A stretch of DNA of 64,000 nucleotides from NCBI GenBank assembly GCA_030141605.1, contig JAQGDQ010000021.1, forward strand, positions 930,001 to 994,000, in the 5' to 3' direction. Position numbers and translations under genes: made by a program. The notes beneath the pieces are model-generated. The model was not told the DNA's origin and did not search any database. It saw only the letters and a program-made list of their open reading frames with translations. Every line of letters begins with the position of its first letter. Within the stretch, counting starts at the first letter, position 1. Shown piece after piece: positions 42,871 to 56,000 of this stretch. Origin of the DNA: Tubiluchus corallicola. Taxonomy: Eukaryota > Animalia > Priapulida.

Positions 42871-44062
42871 CTCTCTTTGGAGATTTTGCTTTTTACAAGA
42901 TCTATGATTAGGTTTTATGTCACTGTTCTGGCTAACGCGATGTATTCTTTCAAACTGTGACTTGTAAGTTGACGATACTGATGTCTTTGGTGTAAAAAAA
43001 ACAATCAGCCTAAAGTCCCAAGGTCGAGCACTTCGGCTGTTGAGATGGTAAATGGTACGACCTTGGAAATGCAACTTGGAAACAGATCAAACGTTCGAGT
43101 CACTTGATCATCGCATTAATTAGCTGTCGTAATTTTTGCTTTATCTTTTGTCCAATAGATAGCAGCAGTTGTGTCAACTTGCACATGACTTTTCCACGAG
43201 CGATAACACTTTCTGTACAATTTTCCTGTCCTGGCAATTTTCACTTTCGGTTAATCAGATGTCTAGTAAACTCTCATAAAAATATTTTTGGCATAAAAGC
43301 TATGCTGCAGCTCTGCCTACACTAGTATTTTTTAATGACAACCAGTATTCAGAACAAATTCTGATTGATTGCTTTCTTTTGTACAATATTCATTATTATT
43401 ATATTTTTTAAAATGTTTTCAATTTGCCCATGTGGGGTCCGACTATAACTACGTCTGACATTGTTGATCATTATCAGACTCGTTCCTTAGTCTTTCTCTT
43501 TCATAAAGGAATAAGAAAAGATCGTAAACTGCATGCACACACTTAAACACACGTACTCATACCTTTTCTTTAACAAGATTTTAATCACTTTACACTTTAT
43601 TGCTGTGTCTGACAGCCCAGGAGTCCCAGTTGGGAAAAAAATTGAGACCGGCATCCATGAGCGCATGATTGTTGGGTGTTACAAAATGCTTACCAAATCA
43701 ATGCTATAGTGTGTAGAATGCAAAAATGCCAATAATGGTAATAGGCTATGCAAGTTATTATAAAAGCCTCAGTAATTCATAGCAGGCACATCTTGTGTTG
43801 CATTTAGTGTAGTCCTGCAAAAACTATATGTGAGTTGACACTAACATCGCAGAACTTGTGTATTAAACTAATGATTGTCACATGTATCTTAAAGTTTTAA
43901 CTGTTGCAAAGCACTGGTGAAATTTCACACATATTGACTATACAATAGCAGCAGTGAGTTTGTTTCTTTACTCGTGTTGTTTTTCAGGATTGATGTTGAT
44001 GCAGATAGAAGCAATAGTGTTACTTTGTTACTCTTCACAATGACAACCTGAAATAGTTTGCA

Positions 44063-47000
44063 ATGGAGGTAAAAACTTTTGCTATGAAATTAGTTACTGT
44101 GTAACACAGATTTATTGTACTTATGTATAGCTTTTTTTCCTTGTTTAGTTGTTATAAACTGACTTGCAACGACTTAAATTTGTAGCCTTAATTTTGGATT
44201 CCTGATTTTTATAGAAACTGTATTCATTCTTGTTAGATTTTTACTATTTAAGACAATTTTGTGTTTAAAGAAAGTACTCAGTTTTGGAAATTGACATTAA
44301 AACATGGCATAAATAGTTGAACAGGACTCAGAACAAACCACAAATCCCTTCTAATGATCGGTCAAAAACCTAATACGTTTTGAAGGTACCATTGTCTTTT
44401 TCAGTTGCATTGAATAAAATTAAAATATCAATTCAGTTGAAAATGATAATTGCACCATGAAAACATTTTGATTTTAAATATAGTAATATGGATTGATACC
44501 ACATGCATGATTTGATTAACCTTTTCAATGACCATTAATAGTAATTTTAATAACTGTCAAATTTTCTGTTACTATCACTAATCACCTCTAAGTCTCCATC
44601 AATACTTTTTCTGCTGCTTTTTATGAGTAAATTATAAGAAACCTGTACAAAAGATTCTCAAAAGAAGATGTCAGCTAAGGCTGCTAAGCTAATAGGAAAA
44701 TTTGTTAAAATATAGTTAAGAGGAGTAAACAATGCTCTGTTTTGTATTAAATAATATTAAATTTTATTGTGGATGTTATATATTTCAGTTTTTATGCATA
44801 TTGTTCTAGTATACTGAGTAGATTTAACACTTTGTTGCTTTAAAGGATGAAGATGAATCGGATACTGAAAGCTCATACTATACAACTGTTAGTGCTTTCA
44901 CCAGCGAGACTCAACCACTTGAGGATAATGAGACCAGGGATTCTATGGATAATGATAGTACACCGCTAGTTTCTGATGAATCTCAATACGATTATGTGTA
45001 TGATTATGTGTATGTCACGGAGGAAGACTCAGAAACGTTTGAATCAATTGAGACACCCAGAAGAGTATCAGCCTTACCAGGTATTTAAGTTTTTTATCTA
45101 CTGTCACTAGTAAAATCGAAGTATTTTTCTAGCATTTTAACTAAGAACCATCTCCTTGTGCAAACGAAACGAGGTTGTTTAAACTGCATACATTGGAGCA
45201 ATTATGATCTAAAAGTGAAATGAAAAATTCATCTTTTTCCTTGTTGCTGATTTGTGATTACTCGAATGGTTATTTTTCATCAATTATCGTTCAGAAGGCT
45301 GATCAAGAAGATTTATCATTTATGTAAATCATCAAGAATAAATGTTTAATTGCTTATGACACAGAGTTATACTGCCATAGTTAGATGTTAATTTGCAAAA
45401 GAATCTCTGATTTGTGAGAATTGCTTGTCTACATTATGTAGCTACACTGACGGCCCTAAAACAGTAGTTGAGCACCAGTTTGCTCTGTGTGTTTTTCACT
45501 TGATCAAAATTTTATCATGTTTTAATGAACGCCAAAACTGCCACTGATATCTTGATTTTACTCACATTGTATATATTGACAACCATAAACTATAGAATAA
45601 TTAAAAGACTGGATGTTTTAGAACCGCTCCTGTTTTTTGCATGTTTTTTTCTGCTGTGTACCATTGACAACATAAATAAATTAATCATGTACATGTATGT
45701 AACTCAGACCTTGTTAATAACAAAATGTGTGACGGCAGGCACACACTGAGCGACTTTTCTGGAAAGGAATAGGATTACTGCATACTCTTAAATACAAAGG
45801 AAAGTGTTGTGCATTGAAGTTATTTCTTGTAGATATTTTCCAGTTTTACCAATCATTATAGAGTAGGATCTTTGATTCCTATTTTTTTAAGCTCTTTTGT
45901 TGACCTACTATTGGCGTTTCATTTCTAATCAATCTAACGAACTAATCATGCCTCAGAAACCTCAAGTCCTCACCTTGGATGCAGGATGGCTGGTTTATGA
46001 CAAATGATTCCAAAAACAAAGCAGTTTTTTAGCAAGATTAGAAGCATGTGTTGCTGCAGATTTATAGGTAAAAAAGTGCAAGAGCTGCGAATGTTTTAGT
46101 AAAAACGAATTTTGATACTTTGCAACCAAACCCGGAGAATGAAATTGTAAAATCTGACGTTCCACAAACTGATCAATGGAATAGCTTGCCAACTGCAGCT
46201 ATTAAAATGCAGTAAAATTAAATAGGGACGGGTCAGATATATTTATGGGTCTGTTAGCAAATTGTTCTGTGGAATGGTATATGTCTGAATGAAACGTGAC
46301 TCAATGAAATCCTTGGCATGAAAATTGGGTTCCCATGCAAGAAATTAGATGCTGATATACAGGGCTTGATATCTATCTCTGTATGTGTGTGTGTGTGTGT
46401 GTGTGTGCGGGCGGGCGGGCTGTATGTGTGTGTGGTGTGTGTGTGCGTGCGTGCGTGTGTGTATGTATATATATCAAGAAATGGTTAATAAACTAAAACT
46501 GACAAATCCATGAAAAATAGTATTTCATTAATAAATTTTCAATGAAAAATATTTATTTTATTATAAACATTACATTGATGCCATCCGCAGCTTTAGTGGC
46601 CATTAGTGGATGGCGATAAAAATACAGGTATTTCTCAGTGCAACTAATGTCATTCATGACTCATTTGTTCCATTAGTTTGTTTGATTTTTGATTTTAGGG
46701 AATATAAGTGATGAGAATTGGAAAATGAATTGTAATATTAGAAAAATTAGAAAAAAATGAAACACATAAATATATCTACTGGTGATAACTTTCGTGTAGT
46801 GAATTTATCATTTCCTGACGTGTGCTATAAATTTGATGGTTTTTGCTGGTCTTTAATGGTTATTAGATAAATAACACTTTTATCTCTGTGATATAGTTCA
46901 TCGTTTTTTGGCAGGTAATCAGTTTCACCAATTTCCGTATTTTGATCAAAACCTATCACCGCACTGCCTTGCCCAATCATCAGCCCGCTCAGTTTAGCTT

Positions 47001-50000
47001 TTGGGAACACATTACAGAATGCATTTGTGATTGCTCGGGCATGATTTCTGTGTGTATGTTCTGCAACTGCATCATTCGTTGCTATATTTAGTTTGCAAAT
47101 AAAACATAAACCACACAATACACGCTGGTCATTTATACTGATTGACAGCTTTTTTAAGGCTACCTCGATTTCTTCTTGTGATGTTGTTAATCCGTTTACA
47201 CATAAACTGGACACATGTAAGTTCTCTCCAGATATGGCTAATCCCAGTACAGAATAATTCTGTGATCTTTTTTTGCCATTAGTTATTTGGTGGAGACCTC
47301 TGAAACATCCATAACCACCACCAAACGCAATGTGACCATCGGAGTTCCACCACAATTCTTCCAGGATCTTTCTTCCAAAATTGTACATTTGTAAACTTGG
47401 CGAATCGTAGAACAGCAGCAGTAATCTGATGTTCCTGTCGCTTTTGATCCAGGAATGATGCTTGATCCATTCCTGTAGATCTGGCTCTTCCCATTCATCC
47501 AGAAAACTGTAGGTTTTCACAGCAGGCATTTCAGGGAAAATTGTCGCTATTATACCACTTTCCTGTAAAGTATTGTCTATCACACTATTCTTGGCAAGCG
47601 AAGATACAATGCCAACAGATTCAACACATACTGTTGTTACATTTTGCGGAAGGCAACTAACCATGTGTTCTAGTAAATTCTGTGACTTATGCTCAAGTCT
47701 TGTTCCAACCATGCCACCTGTGGAAAATACTAAAACGGCACTGGGAAGTGTCTCTAAGTTATCCGCAAAAGCAGAAAAGTTTGTTGTAGTTTTTCTCGCG
47801 TTGCTGTCACCTTCCGTGAAAAAACATTCAACTTTGCTTCTTCTTTTTTGTTTGATCCGGTTAGCTGTTTGATTCCAGCCGACACACACTGTGGCGCACG
47901 TTTGAAGTGACTTGATGGGAAGAAAATTCAGGGTTTTATTCATGATTTCTGGCAAATCTGTCAGAGGGTGCAACTGCTCGTGATTCACATACATCATGAG
48001 GATCCTGCAGTGTCCACAGGTATACCAATCTGCGAAGACAAAAATTTTCTTTTTTAATTTCTTTCTAAGTAACTTTTATTCATCTGATTTACCAGCATTG
48101 TTAACATGTTTTTACATTATATTAATTGTTGATGTCAAAATGTGGTGGTCTCACGCTTATGTGTCAATTAGAAGAATTTTCAGCATATTTAGATTAGAGG
48201 TTTCTTTCCTGCATTAGTGATACTTCACTGAAATATTTTGTGATATTTGTGGTGGCAAGTTGGTTTTTTGGTGGCTGATAAACAGAGCTGAAGAAATTAG
48301 CAAAACACAACAGATCTTTAAACGTTGTCTCCACTTCTTATACTAGCCTTATATATGTTTGTATAGAAAATATTGTGAACTGTATTGAAATTCACATTCC
48401 CTATATTTGGCCATATATGCTATATATATTTAACTTTTGAGATGAGATAACAGTTGAATGGACACTACATGTGTTTAGCCGTTGAAGTAAGGGCATTGTT
48501 AAGCATGATCAGTAAGTGGATGGGTGACTGTCAAAAAATGCTTGTGGGCAGCTTTATCTGTCATATTTACTTTATTGAAGGATGATCTATGATTCTACGT
48601 ACATCTGATGATTTGAACATGGCTTTGCCAGTTGACTGTCTCATTTTGGATGCTTGTCTTTCATGAGAGGTTCTAGTGCAGCCAGCATCTACATTAAATA
48701 GGCTTTTCACTGTAGTGGCTTACAGCATGGTAAATTGTACAAAAAAGTATTATCTCTCCGATTAAACACTATAATGAAAGATTGAAGTGAGTTAAATTTT
48801 TAACTATGAAAAATTGTAAAAAATAAAATAAAGCTATAATCACTGATATATTCAGTTAAGTATTTTTTTATATAATGCTTTTTGGAATGATATTACTTTT
48901 GCTTGATAAGTTTTCCTTTTAAAAATTTTATGGTGAAACCCTACCACCATAACCTACCAACTTAACACCCCAAAATCGACATCAGTTTGTTAGGCCTGTT
49001 GACGCTTATATTTTCCCACGACTCTAATGGGAATAGCTGACTTGACATGTACGCATGAAGTTATGCCCGTGTCACCACTCTAATGTGTACTTAATTTTGT
49101 CGATACAGCAATGTCATCATTTTATAATCTTAGTATTCGCTTAATTCTCTGTAAATATATAAATTTTGTAAATAAGCCCCCTTTGCATAGTTTATTGATT
49201 TTTGTAATTTTTATAATTATCATAATTTTTGTATTTTCTTAGTATTAGTTGTAGATGACGCTATTGCCAATAGTCAGTCAGTCGCATACGTTGTGTATGA
49301 TTAACTCGTATGCTGCCTCCTGTACGCAGTATACATTTCTTATGCGCAGTGTGCTTTTGCTTTGTATACGTAAGTTTTTAGCTGGCAAGATTTTATCTCT
49401 TTATCTACAATACCGAAACTAATGTAGAAGTATTGAACAACTTTTTTCCAAAGAATTAAAACTGGTTTTCTGTAAAGATTTCTGCACTTTACATTATTTT
49501 CTCGCAGCATTCTTAATATTACGTTGAATCTTGTCTCAATAGCAACAGCAGCCATAAAAAATAGTTTTGATCAGTAGCTCCTCGAGGCTTTTTTTTATAA
49601 AACATATTTCTCTCTTTCAAACAAAAATTATCTTTGTCAGACAACGATTAATCTGATAATACTCATCAGATGTTTACAGCATCATTGAAGCAAAGCGTGG
49701 AATTATAATTGTAAGTTAAATTAATACAACAAAATCAGGAGGAAGATGAAAGGAACACGTAAGATAGATTGAAATAAAAAGTAAGTGAAAAAAGGTTAAT
49801 ACGGTCGTTCAGGGGAAAATCTTTTAGTAGCACCAATAAAATTCTGAACTAACTTAAATACAAGAACATTTTGAATTTTGATCATAATTAAGTAATGCAA
49901 TAATTACTTAAGTAATTACGTAATTACTTGAGTTACTTAATTAATTAATTAACCAGACAACATGGTTTCATGGAATTGGTGTTGACTGGAAAGACATTGA

Positions 50001-53000
50001 AAGCATACAAATGGTCAAAATTGCACTGCATTTGCTCTCTGCGGACTTATAATGTCAGATACATGTAGTTTCAAACGCATCCTGAACTTGCGGTGTTTAT
50101 AAACTGAAGAAATTTTCGGCAACTTACAAGTTACAAGCTATTTTAGTACAACGTGCTTTACGTCACCACTGCACGCTACACCGAATCGAAATTGTGTGTA
50201 TTTGTTAAAAAAAACGTTTTAAAGCAAGATAAACTAAAGGAAGATAAGCGAAGACTTACGCTTAAAAATTTCAAGACCACCGCTGGTTCTTATTGCCGCT
50301 GCACTATTTGCATATCACGGGTAAAATAATATTGCAAATTTCGTATCCACTATGATCAAAACAAAACTGAAATATCTCCTCACTGGTCATAAGATGAGGG
50401 CTATATTAAGCCTACTTTAGCGGTAGTTTACAACCTAGGAGCTGGTAGCTAACACCAATACAGCAATGCACATAATGTACTGTGTCTATTAAATATTCAT
50501 TATGCAGGTGTTTAATTGAGATGTAATGTAAGAGGTTGCGTGGTTACATTCTAATTCACTTACCTGGTAACGGGCAGTCACATTTGGTAACAGGTGTTAG
50601 AAACATTGTAATGTCAAGAATTTTTAATAATGTACTGTAGTTTTTATCGCGAATGAAGTGCTATTTGCAGTTTCATAACCCCCCTGAATGTTGTGGTTGA
50701 TCATATGTTTGGTTGCATGGCTGAAAAATTTTGAGGAATGCCCGTCTTTCTGTTTTAAACTATTTGCTGATTTGTTACGTTTGCTGGATGGCTCGCATGT
50801 GCAACTAAACGCTAGGTAGTTTGACCGAGTTCTGAATTTTCTTGGATAGGGGGTTAAATAAAATTATAATAAATTTTGCAGCTTGATTTACCACCGTGGC
50901 CTCAGGCTATTTTCACTCACAGGAAACTGTGGCTTGTATAATTCTAGTTAGTACAGTGATTATTTATGGTAGTAGGCAAAAATTTGGCAGTGCATTGAAA
51001 AGGAGGACAGCCGGTTTCGGCCATACTTAATCAACAGAGCTCACCCAGTTTAGGCATTAGGGGATGCATATTTAGACACGTACTTTTAAATCTTTAAATA
51101 CCAATTGTCCTTGTATAGAATAGCCATACAGTTACTATGCCGACGTAGCTTTCTCTGCTGCATTGTGCGATCTTTATAGGAATAAAAATTTCCTGGCCCA
51201 TAACTGTCCTCCAAAAAATGGTAGCAATTTAAAAATACACTGGTATATTTTCATTAGTGAAATGTCGAAAGGACGATGTTTGTTTTTTTTAATGAAAAAA
51301 TAAAGTATGTAAATAATCTATTTTGTACTTATGCACGCGCGTTTTTCTCTCATCACCTTGAAGCTTATTTGAAGAGGGTGGAAGAACTTCCAATTTTCGT
51401 CTGCATTTTTTCGCGTGTGAGTGATGGTAGGTTCTAAAATGGGATAACGTTGTATTCACAGTAAATAAATTTCTTACCAATGTTGTTAGCCCCTGGACAC
51501 TGTGCGATTGTAGAGCTATGTGGGTGAGAAGGTACTAGTGATCAATACGCAAATATGGCAAATTGCCAAGTTATTTTTTTGCAAACTAAAATAGAATAGT
51601 TTTCCTCTACTCTTACACAGTTGACGAATCTAGTTTTTGTCAAGTAGCTACGTGTAATAATCTTGGATCTCAGAAAGTAATTACTAGCATCAAGCGTCCC
51701 GTCTGTTTATCATTTTTTAAAACGCTCTCCTGCTATTTCAACCAGTTAATGGCAAAGGAACATAACGAAGTTAATTATAAGCTTATAGTGCTGCGTCATT
51801 AGTTGTCAACTTCACTGTCCTTTTTAAAGAAAACTGAGCTTTAGACATTTTGTTTTAATTACTTCAGAAAACATTACACTTTGAAATTTTACATTTTCTT
51901 TGAATTTGTGAATTTTTTCTGTTGAATATCTTCTTTACGCGAGTAACATGACGTAAACTTGTTACATGAATTTAAACTTCAATAAACATGAAATTGTCAC
52001 TTAATATTGAAGAATGCTATTAAGAATTGCTCACATAAATGTTTAAAAATTGATTTTTTAGTGCGTACTAGTTTTTTTGTTGCAGCATCTTTTCTGGAGT
52101 TTAATTTGTAAGGCAAATAATTGAGTGCCGACGTTCTATTTACATATAAACCTTATAATGTAATGTCTGGTAATGTGATAAATAAGCTACCTGTAAACAT
52201 TCTAACGCTAACCAAAACCGCCCACAAAATCAAGCTCAAAATGTAAAACTCATTTCGTCTCACCTTTCTGTTTCTATACGATAGCTAAAACACTAAGGAC
52301 ACTGTAGTTAGTAAAGCATTGTTCATATGCGATGTCCAGGTAGCCTGTGTTGACATATTTTAGACTGAAATACGAAGTGAACGTGAAATACGAAGTGAAC
52401 GTCACGCGTCCTGCCCCTTCAGAATAACTAGAACAACCAGTTGTTGCATTCCTGATTTTACGTGCACCCTAGCGTAAATAATAGCTTTTTTAATGCTGAC
52501 CACCACTAGTTGAAGCATTAATAATAGGATTAGCCTTTAAATGCGCAAATGTTTTGAAAGCATTTGAAATGGTGGTTTTGGAAACTTCTTTGACGAAAAA
52601 TGATAACAGCTGAGTTTATTTTCAGAATAAGTAATTATTATTAACTACTAGTAGTAAATATTATTACTATAAGTAAGAACTATTATTTCGTGATTATTCA
52701 TCTCTATTTCTGCTACACTAAAGTTGGGTAACTTTTCTCAGCAGTATGTTTTTAGAACCCACTTACACAGTTAAGCAACAATGGCTTTAGTCTGTACTTG
52801 GATGGATGAGGGTGGCCAAAACGTATGGTTAGTTTAATATTCTCTATTCTCAAACGAAAGCTGAGTTCACTTCAGATGAGAAACAACCAATCAGTCCACT
52901 CAATGAATTAATTATTGTTGTCAAACCTCTCAAATTATTTTAAAAATGTTGCCTCTTGCCTAGGAGAAGTGTACCGACATTTTTGCTTTTGAAATATTCA

Positions 53001-56000
53001 GTCTACAATCAATGATGTATCGTAAGTTGAAGTAAAAGCCTGATAGTTCTTTATTTTTGTTATTTATTTTCATACTTGAGTTGTTACACTTAACTGGTAA
53101 AGGCGGCCATATTTGCAGTAGACTGACTCACTAGCCTACCAACTTTATCATTTTATACATTGTTAACTGTCATTGTATTGTTTTAACTCCAGCTGTTACT
53201 GCATATTTAAATTTGAGTTTGAATTGCCTTCTGGGTGGTCTTACATAAGCCTCAATTTTCCTAGGTCCACTCTATAATATGCACAAATAGCGTGTCAATC
53301 TAAAAGGAAATCAAAAGTATATTTGTATTTTTATTAATGATTAGTTTCCATACATATATGTAATATATACATGTATGATTAGGTCAATAAGTTGTATAGC
53401 TAGTGATGTGAATTGTAATTTATTCATAATAAATTAGATTTGATTTGATTTAGCTTACTGACAATAATGAAATGACTTTTAGTCAGACGCGCATCATAAA
53501 AAAGATTATATTGACAAGATACATAAAAACTGCAGTGGATTTATATAACTAATAAAAACTTTTATAATCCCAAAACTGACTGATTGCCTGGCTTTTTGTA
53601 TATTTTGTTTTCCTATAATAATATTTCATCTAATTTATCATTGTATACAGGCAATTTAAAGTTTGTTTATGCTGTGTTACTTTTTAGCATTGCTGAGTAA
53701 ACAGGTATAATCTTATGCGTCTACTTTCCTTTTTCAGATTTAGATGAAAGTGTTACATTACTTTCTGTTACAGATGATCTACCTCGTGAAAGAGATGTAC
53801 AGAAATCTGTTTACTCACCTCTATTACCTTTATCTTTACATTATTCCGGTAACTCAGGTAAGAAGAGCTTTGTTGTTTATGTTATGCACTGATTTATTGC
53901 ACTTCAGCAGGACAGGATATTAGTATAGGAAGCTGTAGATAACATGAATTTACATATGATTTACCCGCAGAAACAAAAACTGTATATCAAGTCACCATCC
54001 TATGAAACTGTTGCTTGCTGTTTGCTAGAATCCAGGTATTTCACTAACCATAGGGCTGTAAATTTCTAAACGCAAACACATCTTTTATTATTAGTACCCA
54101 AAATTGTTTATGTTGTGTTTTTTATGTCTTCACCACTGCTTAGTATTACAGGTTAAAGGGTCGATATTTTAAGTATGAATCAGACTTGCCCCTATAAAAG
54201 CTTTATTTTTCTTGGTTAAACCTGTTATACTTTTAGACAAGGTGTCAATAAATTTCAGATTATATTCATTAATTACACTACAGTATTATACATTGTAATA
54301 AGCAGATTATAGATTATAGTCTTTAATGGGTTATACGATATTTTTATCACAGGCAAAACAAAAGCTGGAAAATCTCCGAATATTATCAGAGCACCAAAAT
54401 CAAACTCAGGGAAGGTTTCCAGTGTGGCAGGTATATTTCTCGTGTATACGAATTTGCAAAAGTTAAGCAACATTGTTTTATGATTTCTGAAATTGTGCCA
54501 TGCAACTAAGTTTCGGTGATGTTGGCTTTTTTATTTAACATTTAATTAGCTGCAAAACCCAATGAAGATTGTAGCTGTGTAACATATTTCAGAAATGCAA
54601 GATGCAAGCTTTAAAACTTTTGTGATTCTGGTGTTCTATGTGTAGCACCTATGTTTTCTATGTTTTCTTTGACATTTTGCAGAAAAATTGTGGAAAAATC
54701 GTATTTCACATTTGGACAAGCCGGCTAATTCAACACCTGTTGACAGTCAGAATTTCCTAGGAAAATCTGGTTTAGCACCTCCTGACGTTTCATCAATAAT
54801 AGGTAAATTAAAATTAAATAAGATTGTAACAGACACAGAATGCATGAGCATATACCTCATGCCTAGTTTAGCTGAAACAATTTTAATATGCAGCAGTGCA
54901 AACTATTCCTGCTTGTGTCTATAATGTCTTATTGTTAGTGTGTTATTGCACTTTCAGAAAGAAAGGAAATTATTGGCTAGCTCTGTATAGTTACAAACAC
55001 TATATTACACTGATTAAACAGGTATCATATATGTATCAACATCACCAGTCAGTTTCTCTAATAATGTGTTTTGAATTTTGACAGCACTGTTAGACTTAGC
55101 TGATTGTCCTATATATCTGTACCTTTTGATATCTGAATGTAACTGATTTATCATTGTAATTTGAAATCGTAAATCATAATAAGAGACCCATTAAGGTTTT
55201 CCAACATGCTTTTTTCAATAATTCAGAAGTTTCTTTAACAAGTCTGCCTGTTTATTATTATTTCCAGGAAGTTTTTGTTATTCATTATGCTTCGTTATTT
55301 TTTCCAGGAAGTTTTTTTTATTTAATTTGAATTTTTTTTGGTACCTAAAGTGACTGAACGCAAAAGTTTACGTCTTGACAAGCATCAGAAACAGAAAGCA
55401 AATTCAGCCAAAAGATTTATTCGTTCTGAAAGGAAACCTCTAGGTGAAGAAAATGACTGTTGCTCTGATACTGGTTAGTCTGTAGTTATGGTGTAGATAA
55501 AATTGCAAAAATGTGTTGTGAATAGAAAATTGTTGGTCGAGGGACTCGACCCAAATCGCTACCTTTCTAGATGTTGTTGTTGTTCTTGTTGGGGGATAGA
55601 TATTTGAAAAAAGCTTAAAGCTCCATGAATTCGCAAAGAATTATTACAAAACTTCACACGAATATTCCAGAACAAACTCCATCTTGACTGACGGAGTTGC
55701 GACTTGACATTATGAATTCAATTGATAATCGTTATGAAACATATTACACTTACCTGTTAGGAGTATACTAAAACGAATTCTATATCGATTGACAGAATCG
55801 TATTTTTGATTTGCCCTCTTAAATTCAAGAGGAAGGCATTGATGTTATTTCTATTGCACGACCTCCAGTCCAGTGACTCCTTTGACCAACTGTTTGAGTC
55901 GAACTTGTTATGTAAATTTGCGTCTAATTTCCAAGTCAAGTCAATAGCAATTTAAAAACTTGAATGGTTACTTAATTTGCAATAGTATGGTCTCATTGTC

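Noticed and set aside
47279-47872. Overlapping and antisense ORFs inside FBXO22-like
   Set aside because: Shadow frames of a real CDS.
53090-53452. Possible LINE 3'UTR ending AATAAA(TTTGA)n
   Set aside because: Tail is suggestive, but there is no ORF remnant or second copy in the window to support a call.
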